IMG/VR virus record: IMGVR_UViG_3300045988_124399
Location: 1 to 49,127 of that record
From: a virus
Reading direction: 5' to 3' (one strand)
Length of the DNA stretch: 49,127 bases
The notes under the pieces are model-generated. The model was given only the letters and a program-made list of their open reading frames with translations, was not told where the DNA came from and searched no databases. Of the stretch, positions 48,801 to 49,127 are shown piece by piece. Both the position numbers and the translations under genes were made by a program. How positions within the stretch are numbered: position 1 is the first letter of the stretch; each line of letters begins with the position of its first letter.

Positions 48801-49127
48801 TAGACTTCTGACTGACACTAAAACAACTCTTGATCCAGAAAGAAAATCTTATTATAGAGATAATGGACATTTTTAGTTGGTAGCTATTCCAAAAGATTAG
48901 GTTAATAAAATAACAAAATCTGATATTAAAAATAATTAGATTTATTATTTAGATACAATAAATGGAGACAATAATAATCATAGTATAATAACTGATTATA
49001 ATTTATTAATTGATATTTATAATAATTATAGGGGTCTTAATACTAATAAGCCAGAAATATCTGGTGTTATGTATATAAAAAATAATAATTAGATTGATGA
49101 ATCTATTATCTAGAATGAGTTATAGGA
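42844..49127 (+). CDS. Giant fibre / host-interaction protein, more than 2094 codons, open to the window edge (dozens of TAG)
   Basis: Track ORFs 42844, 43693, 44890, 45721, 46522 and 47227 all sit in frame 1. Hand reading of every gap found only TAG, never TAA/TGA, out to 49127. The N-terminal module RFRPVQGPEEKI...DGYFYVATDTGRVYL is shared with the two upstream genes. Confidence 0.6.

Noticed and set aside
3165-49127. Fragmented ORFs interpreted as a decayed prophage full of nonsense mutations
   Set aside because: Only TAG interrupts the frames. TAA/TGA never do, and they are used for every real gene end. Frames are maintained over up to 8.9 kb and conserved motifs are intact. Decay would scatter all three stop codons and introduce frameshifts.
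1-49127. CRISPR array, diversity-generating retroelement, integrase or transposase
   Set aside because: No regularly spaced repeat array, no reverse-transcriptase-like ORF or template/variable repeat pair, and no recombinase-like ORF was seen. The repeats at 139-328 are short tandem iterons, not CRISPR-like.

Overview
Almost the whole window (about 3.1 kb to the end) is one rightward, AT-rich, Firmicute-style late-gene block of a tailed siphovirus-like phage. The gene order is packaging genes, terminase large subunit, a small nuclease-like insert, portal, scaffold, capsid proteins, head-tail joining genes, major tail protein, a 2972-codon tape measure gene, baseplate and fibre genes, then a still-open reading frame of more than 2090 codons at the right edge. 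The central observation is that these genes are only continuous if TAG is read as a sense codon. In-frame TAG occurs more than 200 times (about 60 in the tape measure gene alone). It is never the terminal stop; every gene ends in TAA or TGA. Single frames stay free of TAA/TGA for up to 8.9 kb. This is amber stop-codon reassignment of the genetic-code-15 type, and TAG most likely encodes Gln. A subset of presumably highly expressed genes contains zero TAG and uses a GC3-rich codon dialect with CAG in place of TAG/CAA. These are the major capsid protein, its upstream partner, the major tail protein, a putative chaperone, one fibre gene and most of the scaffold. This splits the operon into suppressor-dependent and suppressor-independent genes. 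The leftmost 3 kb is different. It holds leftward genes in the standard code, including a GC-richer cassette at 360-1830 and an AT-rich three-gene operon at 2202-2967 led by a tiny membrane peptide. A pair of divergent consensus sigma-70 promoters separates this block from the recoded operon, giving a switch-like layout. No suppressor tRNA, release factor or aminoacyl-tRNA synthetase gene is visible in this window. All coordinates were worked out by hand and small errors are possible.
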